Assembly (NCBI GenBank): GCA_949293555.1
Contig: CASFDV010000001.1
Coordinates: 12,590-76,589 of the forward strand
Direction of reading: 5' to 3'
Source: an uncultured Bacillota bacterium
GTDB lineage: Bacteria; Bacillota_I; Bacilli_A; RFN20; CAG-826
Length of the DNA stretch: 64,000 bases
A program made the position numbers and the translations under genes. This document shows positions 26,024-34,824 of the stretch, piece by piece (position 1 is the stretch's first letter; each line of letters opens with the position of its first letter). The notes beneath the pieces were generated by a model that worked only from the letters and a program-made list of their open reading frames with translations, searched no databases and was not told the DNA's origin.

Positions 26024-29000
26024 CTAGAGCGCGAGGAGCGCCTCCACCTCGGCGGGGACGTCGCCAAGGTAGTCGGCCTGGGCGTCCTCGATCCCGGACT
26101 CGATCCATCCGAGCTCGGAGGCGATGGGGCTCTCCGAAGGAATCTCCGGGATGGCCTTGCTGGAGTTCAGTTGCTCCACCCATGTGGTGAGGGCAGTCAG
26201 GTTCTCGCCCTCGAGCGTCGTGTTCACGACCTCGAGCCCGATGATCTCGGCGTCCTCGCCGAGGGCGACGTAATAGAGGTTGTCATCGCCCGTGCTCCCG
26301 GCCTTGAACTCGTAGACGCGGCCGATCTCGGCCTCGCTTTCGTCAAGGGCGCTCCAGTAGCCGGTCGCCTGCCAGACGGCGGAAAGCTCGACGAAGGCGT
26401 TCCAGGAGTGGGCCTCGGGGATGAGCGCCTTGACGCTCTCGGGGATGTTCGTCGGAACGACGGGTTCCGAAGGATCGACGACCTGGTCGGGATTCGCCTC
26501 GTAGTGGGCCAATGCCTCGGCGATCGCGTCATGCGCGATCACGATGCCGACGGTCCCGCTCGAGGGCTCGTAGCCATCGGTGTCCTCGTAGGAGCCGCCT
26601 CCGTTCACCGACTCGATGTATCCGTCCGTCCCGTCCGGACGGCTCTGCTCGTTGACGAGGGCGACGACCTTGCCGATGGTGCCGTCGGCGTTCACGCCGA
26701 TGAGGAGCTGGAGGTCGCCCCACTTTCCGCCGACGTTCGTCGTGTTCGTGAGGTAGCCCCTTCCGAGCACCTCGCCGGACTCGTTCTTCACCTCGCGGTA
26801 GGAGTGGAGGTAGGTCCCGCCTTCGACTTTCTGGGAGGAGCTGACGGAATAGGAGCCATCCCAGAGGGCGAGGTAGGGAGACTCGACGGTCTCCTTCTCA
26901 TAGGCGAGGGCCGCGTCGATGTCCGCGGCGATCTGATAGGCGGCTTGCTCGACGCCGGAAGTGGCGATGTCCTCGCGGTAGTCGGCGGTCCCGTCGTTGA
27001 TCTTGGCGATCCAGCTCTCGACGCCCGCAAGATAGGCGCTGTCCCAGTCCCCGCTCACGAGGCTGAGGGCGAAGCTCCCGTCCTGCTCCACGAGGATGAC
27101 GAGATCGTAGTCCCCGTCGCTCGCGGCGCCCGAGAGATAGTAGGAGGCGCCCTCTTCGACGCCATCCGCGTCGAGGACGCCCATGCGGGCGATGATGTTC
27201 CCTTCGTTGATGATCGCGGGCTCGCCCCAGCCTTCGGCCTCGGGGAGAGCGTCCGCCATGGCCTTCGTGATCTCGGCGGGGAGGTTCGCGACGCCGGTGT
27301 AGTCCCCGATGGCCTCGGCGATCGCGTCATGGGCGATCTCGATGCCGACGGTCCCGCTCGAGGACTCGTAGCCGAAGATGTCCTCGTAGGAGCCGCCGCC
27401 GTTGACGGACTCGATGTAGCTGTTGGTCCCGTCCGGGCGGCTCTGCTCGTTGACGAGCGCGACGATCGAGGAAATCTCGCCGTCCGGCTCGATGCCGATG
27501 AGGAGCTGGAGGTCGCCCCAGCGGCCTCCGACGTTCGTGGTGTTCGTGAGGTAGCCCCTTCCGAGCACCTCGCCGGACTCGTTCTTCACCTCGCGGTAGG
27601 AGACGATGTACTCATAATCGCCGCTGAGGGCGACTTCCTCGCCGACCGTAGCGGCGTTCCGGAATAGGCTCAGGTATTTCTCAGTCAGGTCGACGACCGT
27701 GCCGGTCGCGTAGCCCTTGGCCTCGGAGACGATGTTCCGGATGAGGGTCGCGGAGACGGTCGCCCCGGTGGTCGTGCCGCCGTCGATCGTCGCGCTCCCG
27801 CCGTTGATGGAGTCGATCCAGGCGGAGATGACCTCCTCGGTCCCGATGGGGTTCCCGCCGGAGTAGTCCTCGAGCGAGAGCCCCGTCACCTCGCCCTCGG
27901 GAGTGAGCCCGACGAGGATCGCCACATGGACGCCGTGCTGGTTCGTGCCCTCGCCGTAGTAGGCGGTCCCGAGGAGGGCGCCCCCGGCGTCCTTCACCTC
28001 GCGGGAGGCCTTGACGTACTCGCCCTCCAGGGCGGCCTCGGCACCGACCGAGGAGGCCCCCTCGAAGAGGGACTTCGCCTCGTCCTCGCCGATGACGGAC
28101 TCGACCGGGGCGGGGCCGGTGTAGTCGGCGACGGCCTCGTCGATGATGGCCTTCATGGTGATGTAGGAGGCCGTGGCGGTCGGGCCGGACTCGATGGAGC
28201 CGGTGCCGTCGTTGACGGAGTCGATCCAGGCCTGGACCCCCGTGAGGGTGCCGCCGGGGCCCATCGCGTCGCCGCTCGTCGCGGAGTAGTCCTCGAGGAA
28301 GAGCCCGGATACTTCCCCGTCGGTAGTGACGCCGACGAGGAGGGCGATGTTGACCTCGAAGGTGTTGTGGCCGGATCCGCGATAGGCGCGGCCGAGCACG
28401 TTCCCGGAGGCGTCCTTCACCTCTCGGTAGGAGCTCAGGTAGGTCTTGCCTTCGAGCGCGACCTCCTCCCCGACGGAGGAGGCGCCTTCAAAGAGGTCGA
28501 GGTACTTCTGGTCGGGGTCGACCGGCCCGGGCGGGACGTCCCCGTTCTCGTAGAGGTCGAGCGCCTCGGCGACCATCTCGCGGACGACGGAGGCGGTGTT
28601 GGTGGCGCCGGTGGTGGTGCCGCCGTCGATCGTCGCGGAGCCGTCGTTGATGGACTCGATCCACGCCTCGACGGTCGCGTTGTTGCCTCCGGTGTTGTCC
28701 GGCCCGTAGGCGACGATCTCGATGTGGGCGAGGCCGTCCGCGTCGACGCCGATGAGGAGGTCGACGGTCGCGCCGAACCCCGTGGCTCCCACCGCGTGGT
28801 ACACCTTGCCGATCTCGTTCCCGGAGCCGTCGAGGGCGCTCTTGTACGTCTCGATGTAAGTGCCGCTGGAGACCTCGGTCTCATCGCCGAAGGAGGCGGC
28901 GTCGGGGAAGCAGGCGTAATAGGCCTCGTTCTCCTTCCGATCGTTGTTCTCTCCGATGATGTCCGCGGTGAAGTAGTTCACCGTCCCGATGAGGGCGCCC

Positions 29001-29071
29001 GCCCCGCCGCCGATGAGGGCAAGGACGGCGACGACCGAGAGAACGTGCTTTGCGTCGAGCTTGATCTTCAT
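26024..29071 (-). CDS. rnfG: Rnf subunit G expanded to ~1015 aa with multiple tandem FMN-binding domains
   Basis: N-terminal signal-anchor TM plus a canonical RnfG/NqrC FMN_bind domain (..DGGTTTGATNTASVV..). Then at least five further FMN_bind-like repeats, each with a flavinylation-type [ST]G[AV][TS] motif (SGPTATAS, GGTTTGATVSAT, SSSGTVGIEIAHDAI, IATSGVEQAAY, PSSGTVGIVIAHDAI). Sits between rnfD and rnfE with ATGA start/stop overlaps. Confidence 0.8.
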   Translation of the reverse strand: MKIKLDAKHVLSVVAVLALIGGGAGALIGTVNYFTADIIGENNDRKENEAYYACFPDAASFGDETEVSSGTYIETYKSALDGSGNEIGKVYHAVGATGFGATVDLLIGVDADGLAHIEIVAYGPDNTGGNNATVEAWIESINDGSATIDGGTTTGATNTASVVREMVAEALDLYENGDVPPGPVDPDQKYLDLFEGASSVGEEVALEGKTYLSSYREVKDASGNVLGRAYRGSGHNTFEVNIALLVGVTTDGEVSGLFLEDYSATSGDAMGPGGTLTGVQAWIDSVNDGTGSIESGPTATASYITMKAIIDEAVADYTGPAPVESVIGEDEAKSLFEGASSVGAEAALEGEYVKASREVKDAGGALLGTAYYGEGTNQHGVHVAILVGLTPEGEVTGLSLEDYSGGNPIGTEEVISAWIDSINGGSATIDGGTTTGATVSATLIRNIVSEAKGYATGTVVDLTEKYLSLFRNAATVGEEVALSGDYEYIVSYREVKNESGEVLGRGYLTNTTNVGGRWGDLQLLIGIEPDGEISSIVALVNEQSRPDGTNSYIESVNGGGSYEDIFGYESSSGTVGIEIAHDAIAEAIGDYTGVANLPAEITKAMADALPEAEGWGEPAIINEGNIIARMGVLDADGVEEGASYYLSGAASDGDYDLVILVEQDGSFALSLVSGDWDSAYLAGVESWIAKINDGTADYREDIATSGVEQAAYQIAADIDAALAYEKETVESPYLALWDGSYSVSSSQKVEGGTYLHSYREVKNESGEVLGRGYLTNTTNVGGKWGDLQLLIGVNADGTIGKVVALVNEQSRPDGTDGYIESVNGGGSYEDTDGYEPSSGTVGIVIAHDAIAEALAHYEANPDQVVDPSEPVVPTNIPESVKALIPEAHSWNAFVELSAVWQATGYWSALDESEAEIGRVYEFKAGSTGDDNLYYVALGEDAEIIGLEVVNTTLEGENLTALTTWVEQLNSSKAIPEIPSESPIASELGWIESGIEDAQADYLGDVPAEVEALLAL
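26514..27602. repeat. intragenic tandem duplication in rnfG: 291-nt segments 26514..26804 and 27312..27602 (period 798 nt, roughly 85-90% identical)
   Basis: Nearly identical runs, e.g. GAGGTAGCCCCTTCCGAGCACCTCGCCGGACTCGTTCTTCACCTCGCGGTAGGAG in both copies. Corresponds to repeated protein blocks YREVKNESGEVLGRGYLTNTTNVGG[RK]WGDLQLLIG...SSGTVGI.IAHDAIAEA. Confidence 0.6.
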
Positions 29072-30210
29072 TTGACTTTACCTCCGAAGATGATTCCGAT
29101 GACGATGAAGAGGATGTCGGCGAGGAGGATGAGGCCGATGGTCAGCCACTTCTTCCACGTCCACCGGGACGAGGCCACCTTGTGGTGGTCGAGGACCGGG
29201 GTGATGAGGTTGGCGAGGAGGATCGAGTAGCCGACCCCCTCGGGCGCCGAGGCGAAGAGACGGATGAGGACGGTGAGGGAGGCGGCGGAGAGGGCGTAGA
29301 TGTAGCGCCCCGGCTTCGTCGCCGGCATCGTGACCGGGTCGGTCAGCATGAAGGTCGCCCCGAAGAGCATGCCTCCCGCGAGGAACTCGACCCCGATGAA
29401 GTGCCAGATGTCGAAGTCCTTGACGATGCCGCCCCCGGCGATCGCGATCCCCGCGATGGCGATGAGGGCGGTGAAGGCGCCGACGTAGGTGAAGGTCACG
29501 CGCCAGTCGATGGCCTGGCGGAGCAGGAGGTAGAGGAGGCCGACGAGGATGAGCACCTTGCACACCTCGCCCATCGCCCCCTGGGTCCTGCCGAGGAAGA
29601 GGTCGAGGAGGGAGACGTCCATGAGGGAGGAGTAGCCGCCCTGGATCGTGCCGGAGAGGACAGTGCCCCCGGTGACGACGTCGACCATCGTCCCCTCGCC
29701 CCAGGGGATGGCGGGGTAGCTCATCGTGTTCGAGAAGCTGAGGCGCGTGAGGATCATGCCCACGGCGGCGGGGTTGAAGATGTTCTGCCCGAGGCCCCCG
29801 AAGAGGAGCTTGCCGAAGATGATGCCGGCGAGCGCCCCGACGAGGACGCCCCACCAGCTCGTGGTGGGCGGGAGGCACATCCCGAAGATGAGGGCGGAGA
29901 CGGCGGGCGCCACGGCGTTCACCGGGCGGTACAGCTTCAGCGCGTGGAGGAACTTCTCCTTGAAGGGATGCTTCTCCCCGTCGTAGGGCATCCGCCCCTT
30001 GATCATGACGAAGACCCATTCGGCGATCATCATCGCCGGGACCGCGATCCCGAACACCTTGAGGGCGTCGAGGCGATAGACGATGAAGGAGAAGATGAGG
30101 AGGGGCAGGAGGGCGAGGAGGACGTCGAGCATCATCCTCGTGGCGCTGTCCTTCCTCCGGACGTGCGGGCTTGGCTCCTGGAGGAGCCGCATGGTGTTCT
30201 CTTCGCTCAT
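29068..30210 (-). CDS. rnfD: Rnf electron transport complex subunit D
   Basis: ...GGLGQNIFNPAAVGMI...FMLTDPVTMPAT... (NqrB/RnfD family with the conserved TDP flavinylation region). Confidence 0.85.
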   Translation of the reverse strand: MSEENTMRLLQEPSPHVRRKDSATRMMLDVLLALLPLLIFSFIVYRLDALKVFGIAVPAMMIAEWVFVMIKGRMPYDGEKHPFKEKFLHALKLYRPVNAVAPAVSALIFGMCLPPTTSWWGVLVGALAGIIFGKLLFGGLGQNIFNPAAVGMILTRLSFSNTMSYPAIPWGEGTMVDVVTGGTVLSGTIQGGYSSLMDVSLLDLFLGRTQGAMGEVCKVLILVGLLYLLLRQAIDWRVTFTYVGAFTALIAIAGIAIAGGGIVKDFDIWHFIGVEFLAGGMLFGATFMLTDPVTMPATKPGRYIYALSAASLTVLIRLFASAPEGVGYSILLANLITPVLDHHKVASSRWTWKKWLTIGLILLADILFIVIGIIFGGKVK

Positions 30211-31511
30211 GAAAGACGCGCGATGCGCTTTGCCCTCCTTACGTACTCGGTGACGTTGATGCGGCTCGTGCAGCTATAGGCGCAGAGCCCGCATTCGACG
30301 CAGCGCTCGGGGTGGAGCGCCTTGACCCTCTCCTTGTCCCCGCTCTTCACCGCCTGGGCGATGAGGACGGGCATGAGGTGGGTCGGGCAGCTGTAGACGC
30401 AGGAGCCGCAGCGGACGCAGCTATCGGCGGTCCACACCTCCTCGTCCATCACGAGGATGGAGGTGACGGTGGGGGTGAGGATGATGTCGTCATCTGCCAC
30501 GGTGTTCCCCATCATGGGGCCGCCCATGATGAGGCGCTTCTTCTTCCCGGAATCGGTATACCCCCCGGCAAGCGGGAGAAGGTCCCGGAGGGGGGTCCCG
30601 ATCCGCGCCTTGAGGAACTTCTGCTCGTTCACCCCGTCCCCGTGGATCTGCACGTAGCGCGAGAGGAGGGGCATCCTCTTCTTCGCGGCGAGATAAAGGG
30701 AGTAGATGGTGGCGACGTTGTACTCGAGGATCCCGAACTCCGCGGGGAGATGGCCGCTCGGGATGTCGACGCCCGTTGCGGTCTTGATGCAGGCGACCTC
30801 CCATCCCTGGGGATAGAAGTTCCAGACCGGGGCGAAGGAGATGCCGGAGCCCTCCTCGCCGGCGAGGGCGCTCGACCAGCATTCCGCGAGGTCCTTGTAG
30901 ATCCACTTCGCGCAGATCTTCCCTTCCTTGGCGCCGGTGGCCCTCATGAGGAGGCGGAGCCCCTCGATGATCTCGCGGGGGTGCTCCAGCATGAGGCGGT
31001 GGTCGCTTGCCAGCGAGGGCTCGCACTCGACCCCGTTGATGACGATGGTGTGGATCTGATGGTCCCCCTGGAGCTTCACGTAGCTCGGGAAGGAAGAGCC
31101 GCCGAGGCCGACGAGGGCCATGTCCCGCATGATGGCGAGGACATCCTCCTTCGTCAGGGCCTTGAGCTCCTCCTCGCTCCTCTCCTTGAGGGAAGGATCC
31201 GGCTCGTCCTTGAAGTCGTTCTCGATCTTCAGGAACTCGCACTCCTTCCCCGTGTGGTGGAGGTGCTTCTCGATCCCGAGGTAGGTGCCGGAGCAGGTGG
31301 ATACGATCGGCTGCTCGAAGAAGGGTCCCTTCCGGAGGCCGAGGCGCTCCCCGACCCTCACATGGTCCCCCTCCTTCACGGAAAGCTCGTAGGAGGCGCA
31401 GCGGCCGTTCGTGCCTGCGACGTAGCAGTACTTGGGCAAAGGCGCCTCTTCCAGTTCCTGATGGGCGAGGAGGACGTTGGGCAGCTCGATGTGACGTGCT
31501 TTCGCAATCAT
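30207..31511 (-). CDS. rnfC: Rnf electron transport complex subunit C (NADH-binding, 2x[4Fe-4S])
   Basis: ...GLGGSSFPSYVKL... and CVRCGSCVYSCP / CVECGLCAYSC ferredoxin motifs. RBS AAGGAAACGGG. Confidence 0.85.
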   Translation of the reverse strand: MIAKARHIELPNVLLAHQELEEAPLPKYCYVAGTNGRCASYELSVKEGDHVRVGERLGLRKGPFFEQPIVSTCSGTYLGIEKHLHHTGKECEFLKIENDFKDEPDPSLKERSEEELKALTKEDVLAIMRDMALVGLGGSSFPSYVKLQGDHQIHTIVINGVECEPSLASDHRLMLEHPREIIEGLRLLMRATGAKEGKICAKWIYKDLAECWSSALAGEEGSGISFAPVWNFYPQGWEVACIKTATGVDIPSGHLPAEFGILEYNVATIYSLYLAAKKRMPLLSRYVQIHGDGVNEQKFLKARIGTPLRDLLPLAGGYTDSGKKKRLIMGGPMMGNTVADDDIILTPTVTSILVMDEEVWTADSCVRCGSCVYSCPTHLMPVLIAQAVKSGDKERVKALHPERCVECGLCAYSCTSRINVTEYVRRAKRIARLS

Positions 31512-31606
31512 TCTGTCTTGTCCCGTTTCCTTTGGGGGAATTCTATGCCGTCCCCGCCCCTTGTTGTAGTAGGGAAAGCGAAAGAGGGCGGCGTAAATGA
31601 AAGCGC

Positions 31607-31969
31607 TTAACCTGCCCCGAGGGAAAGAAGGAGCCCCGCGAGGCAGGAAAGGGAGTTCGCGGAAAGGACGAGGAAGGGGAAGGAAGCGCCTTGTCCCCTT
31701 TTATAAGATGAGAGGAAGGCCCACTCGAATAGGAAGACGAGGATTTCGCCCAGGAGGAGGAGCAGGTAGATCCAAGGGAAGGGAAGGAGCCTTTCCAAGG
31801 GCAGGAGAAGGAGATTGAGAGTCAGGTTCGAGAGGACGTTCGCGAGGAAGGCGCGCCCAAGAAAGCCTCGCTCCCGGAGGGACGGGAAGAGGGAATAGAA
31901 AGGAATTTCCACCAAAAGGGTCAGGAACAACGCGGATATCAGGCGGAAAAGGTTCGAAAGCGGGCTCAT
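31607..31969 (-). CDS. hypothetical small multi-TM membrane protein
   Basis: Start at internal ATG 31969 (MSPLSNLFRLISALFLTLLV...), three or four hydrophobic helices. The upstream extension in the ORF track is Arg/Pro-rich junk. Confidence 0.4.
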   Translation of the reverse strand: MSPLSNLFRLISALFLTLLVEIPFYSLFPSLRERGFLGRAFLANVLSNLTLNLLLLPLERLLPFPWIYLLLLLGEILVFLFEWAFLSSYKRGQGASFPFLVLSANSLSCLAGLLLSLGAG

Positions 31970-32157
31970 TCCTTGCGGGAGACGTCCTCCTTGGGAGGCT
32001 CCGTCTCGACGAGCCTGCCCTTCCTTTTCTTCCGGAAGGCCAGGACGAGGGCAAGAAGAAGGGCGAGGAGCGCGAGGACGATGAGCACCAGGACCGCCGC
32101 GAGGAGCATCATGTTCGGCGGGACGACGATCGCGACGTCGAGAAGCCCGGGACTCAT
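31966..32157 (-). CDS. mini membrane protein (single TM plus RKKRKGR tail)
   Basis: MSPGLLDVAIVVPPNMMLLAAVLVLIVLALLALLLALVLAFRKKRKGR... ATGA-coupled to both neighbours. Confidence 0.35.
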   Translation of the reverse strand: MSPGLLDVAIVVPPNMMLLAAVLVLIVLALLALLLALVLAFRKKRKGRLVETEPPKEDVSRKE

Positions 32158-32327
32158 CCCTTCTTCCCCTCGTCCTTGTCCCAGGGCCCGACCTCATCCT
32201 TCCTTTTCTTCCGCCTCACGGCGATGATGATGGCCGCGATGATCGCGCCTACGGCAACGAAGAGAAGAAGGAAGAGGAGCCCCGGGAAAAGGAGCATCGG
32301 CCAGGACGGCACGTCGAGCAAATTCAT
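32154..32327 (-). CDS. mini membrane protein, paralogue of 31966..32157 (57 aa, below the ORF-track cutoff)
   Basis: Own translation: MNLLDVPSWPMLLFPGLLFLLLFVAVGAIIAAIIIAVRRKKRKDEVGPWDKDEGKKG. Same architecture and N-terminal M(x)LLDV motif. ATGA-coupled to the MFS gene stop and to the next mini-ORF. Confidence 0.3.
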   Translation of the reverse strand: MNLLDVPSWPMLLFPGLLFLLLFVAVGAIIAAIIIAVRRKKRKDEVGPWDKDEGKKG

Positions 32328-33523
32328 AGGAGATCCTCCTTGCTATCGTATCTCTTGTGTGAATATCTTCCTCGGAACGATGGGAATAGTTCCCGCCTCA
32401 TGTTCCCCTTCCCGATGAGGAGGAGGGACAGGAGAAGGAAGACGAGATTCAACATCATGAGCCCTTGGGAGATGCGGGAATCCGTCCCGAGCGGGGCGAG
32501 ATAGGCGCCCAGCCCCGCCCCGAAGCCCAGGAGCGTGGAAAGGAAGCCGAAGGCAAGCCCTTCCTTCCCTTTCCCGAACGCCCGTCCCGATAGGGAAAGG
32601 GTGAGCCCCATGGGCAAGTTCGTCCCGAAGGCGAGGAAGAAGGCAGGGACCATCCCTCCGCGGGAAGGAAGAAGGATGCCGAGGACATAGGTCGCCCCCG
32701 AGAGGATGACGAGGGAAAGACTCCCGAGACACTTCGCCATGTATCCCCCGAGAAGCTTTCCGAGGAACATCCCGAGCATGGCCAGAAGATAGACGATCCC
32801 TTCCGAGGATTCCTTGTAGCCGCCAAGGAACCCGCGAAGGAAGACGGAAAGCCCGATGAAGAGGGCAAGATACGCGAACTCCATGAGATTTCCTGAAAAC
32901 GAAGGGGTTTCCAAAGAGGATATTCGTTTTTCGGAAGGCTTGGGGTCCGCAAGGAAGAGCCAGACTGAGAGCGAGATTGCGACGATTCCGAATAGGAGAT
33001 AAAGGATAGGCAGGAGAAATTCGACGATCCTCGTGAGAAGGGCGAAGGGGATGGAGGTGAGGCAGACGGCGATCGTCCCGAAGGAAATGAAGGCGCCTAG
33101 TTCGGAGGGCCCGGCCCCGAGGGTGAGGAGGTGGCGTCCCGCCCCGACGTGGAAGAGGGCGTTCCCCGCCCCGAGGACCATCGTCCCGAGGAGATGGATG
33201 GCAAGCTTCAGCCCAGCCTCTCCGCCCCAAGGAGGCAGAAGCACGGACAAGGAAGGAAGCGAGACGAGGAGCCCTCCTAGGAGAAGGAGGGGAACCGCGA
33301 GCCAGGCCGCCTTCCTCCCGTCCCCCTTCCCCCGGCGGTCCATGATGGCCCCCAGGGGCGCCTGGAAGAGGAAGGCGAAGGAAAGGTAGAGGAAATAGAT
33401 CACGGCGATCTCGACGCTGTCGATCCCGTACTCGCTCCCGACGATGAGCAGGGTCAAGGGGGCAAGCGAAAGGAAGTCCACTGAGAGATGGAAGAGCCCG
33501 AGAAGGTAGCTTCTCTTCGCCAT
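32324..33523 (-). CDS. MFS transporter
   Basis: Twelve TM helices. MFS signature-like loop GAIMDRRGKGDGRK between TM2 and TM3. Start taken at ATG 33523. Confidence 0.7.
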   Translation of the reverse strand: MAKRSYLLGLFHLSVDFLSLAPLTLLIVGSEYGIDSVEIAVIYFLYLSFAFLFQAPLGAIMDRRGKGDGRKAAWLAVPLLLLGGLLVSLPSLSVLLPPWGGEAGLKLAIHLLGTMVLGAGNALFHVGAGRHLLTLGAGPSELGAFISFGTIAVCLTSIPFALLTRIVEFLLPILYLLFGIVAISLSVWLFLADPKPSEKRISSLETPSFSGNLMEFAYLALFIGLSVFLRGFLGGYKESSEGIVYLLAMLGMFLGKLLGGYMAKCLGSLSLVILSGATYVLGILLPSRGGMVPAFFLAFGTNLPMGLTLSLSGRAFGKGKEGLAFGFLSTLLGFGAGLGAYLAPLGTDSRISQGLMMLNLVFLLLSLLLIGKGNMRRELFPSFRGRYSHKRYDSKEDLL

Positions 33524-33597
33524 ATAGAGACTATTGCACAAAAAAGGAAAACGAAAAAGGGAGCCCCCCGGCGGGGACTCCCTGGCCCTGACGGTCG

Positions 33598-34596
33598 CTA
33601 GCGTCTCGTCGAGGAGCGGAGCTGGAGCCTCGCGTCGAAGCGGTAGCTCTTCTCGAAGAGCGTCCCGTCGATGAGGTCGATCAGCATGTACATCGCCCTC
33701 CGCCCGACCTCCGCCATGTCGATCTCGAGGCTCGTGAGGGTGGGACGGACGATGTTCGCGTACTTGGTGCCGACGAGGGAGAGGACCTCGACGTTCTCGG
33801 GGACGGAAAGCCCCTGGTCGGTGGCGGCGTTCTCCACCGCGGCGGCGATGGAGTCGCGGTAGGCGATGTAGTAGCCCTCCTTCTCCTCGCGGAAGCGCTG
33901 GGCGAAGTCGTAGTAGGTCCGCTTGTAGCTGTCGTCGACGTTCACGATCTGGTAGGGGCGGCCGAGGTTCCGGTGCGCCTCGCAGAACACCTTCTCGCAG
34001 TGGGAAAGGAGACGGCCGCCGTCATGGACGTGGAGGAAGGTCATCCTCCTGTCGCTCCGCTGGTAGTGCTCCTCGATGATCTTGGTGAGGAGGCTTCCGT
34101 AGGAGAGGAGCACCGACCCGGTCCTGTCCCCCTGGATGTTCTTGTTGATGACGATCGTCGGGACGCTATAGGAATTGAGGTTCATGACATCCTCTTCCGA
34201 AAGCTCGTCGTCGAAGACGATCGCCCCGTCCACGTGGGTGACGATGACCTTCTCCAGCGTCTGGAGCGCCTCCTCGCGGCTATGGGAGGTGGTGAAGACA
34301 GTGAGGGTGAAGCCCTTCTCCTTCGTCACCTCGGTGATGCCGTTGAGGAGGTTCGCGATGTAGACGTAGTTGGCGCTCGGGATGATGAGCGCGATGTTCG
34401 TGGTCTTGTTGGTGGCAAGCGCCTGGGCGAGCCCGCTCGGCTTGTAGCCCAGCTCCTTGATCGCCGCCTCCACGCGGAGGCGTGTTCCCTCCGTCACGTT
34501 CCCCTTCTTGTTGATGACGCGGCTCACCGTCGCGAGCGAAACCTGCGCCTTCTTCGCGACCTGGTAGATCGTCACTCTTTCCTTCGTATTCCTCAT
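33598..34596 (-). CDS. LacI-family transcriptional regulator
   Basis: Start at ATG 34596: MRNTKERVTIYQVAKKAQVSLATVSRVINKKGNVTEGTRLRVEAAIKELGYKPS (HTH_LacI), followed by a periplasmic-binding-protein-like sugar-binding domain. Confidence 0.8.
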   Translation of the reverse strand: MRNTKERVTIYQVAKKAQVSLATVSRVINKKGNVTEGTRLRVEAAIKELGYKPSGLAQALATNKTTNIALIIPSANYVYIANLLNGITEVTKEKGFTLTVFTTSHSREEALQTLEKVIVTHVDGAIVFDDELSEEDVMNLNSYSVPTIVINKNIQGDRTGSVLLSYGSLLTKIIEEHYQRSDRRMTFLHVHDGGRLLSHCEKVFCEAHRNLGRPYQIVNVDDSYKRTYYDFAQRFREEKEGYYIAYRDSIAAAVENAATDQGLSVPENVEVLSLVGTKYANIVRPTLTSLEIDMAEVGRRAMYMLIDLIDGTLFEKSYRFDARLQLRSSTRR

Positions 34597-34721
34597 GGCC
34601 CTTTGGAACCCCCTTTTCTGGTTTCCATTATCCCAACTGGGAGAGGCATTTGATAGCAAAATCGAATGAAAATTACACATTGGAGAAGGAAAGTTTCATG
34701 AAATCATATGTAACTCGTTTA

Positions 34722-34737
34722 CTGGTAAATCGGTAAT
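34722..34737. promoter_or_regulatory. ATTACCG-ATTTACCAG motif (candidate operator) about 125-140 bp upstream of the LacI-family regulator gene
   Basis: The reverse complement of CTGGTAAATCGGTAAT shares the 13-mer TTACCGATTTACC with the site at 20381-20397. Lies in an AT-rich intergenic region. Confidence 0.3.
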
Positions 34738-34824
34738 TCGTGCATGCGCCGGAAGAAAGCGGTTTCCGTAAGATGAAAAACGTCCCCTTACCAGAAGAGG
34801 ACGTTCGTTCATGTCCTTACCTTT

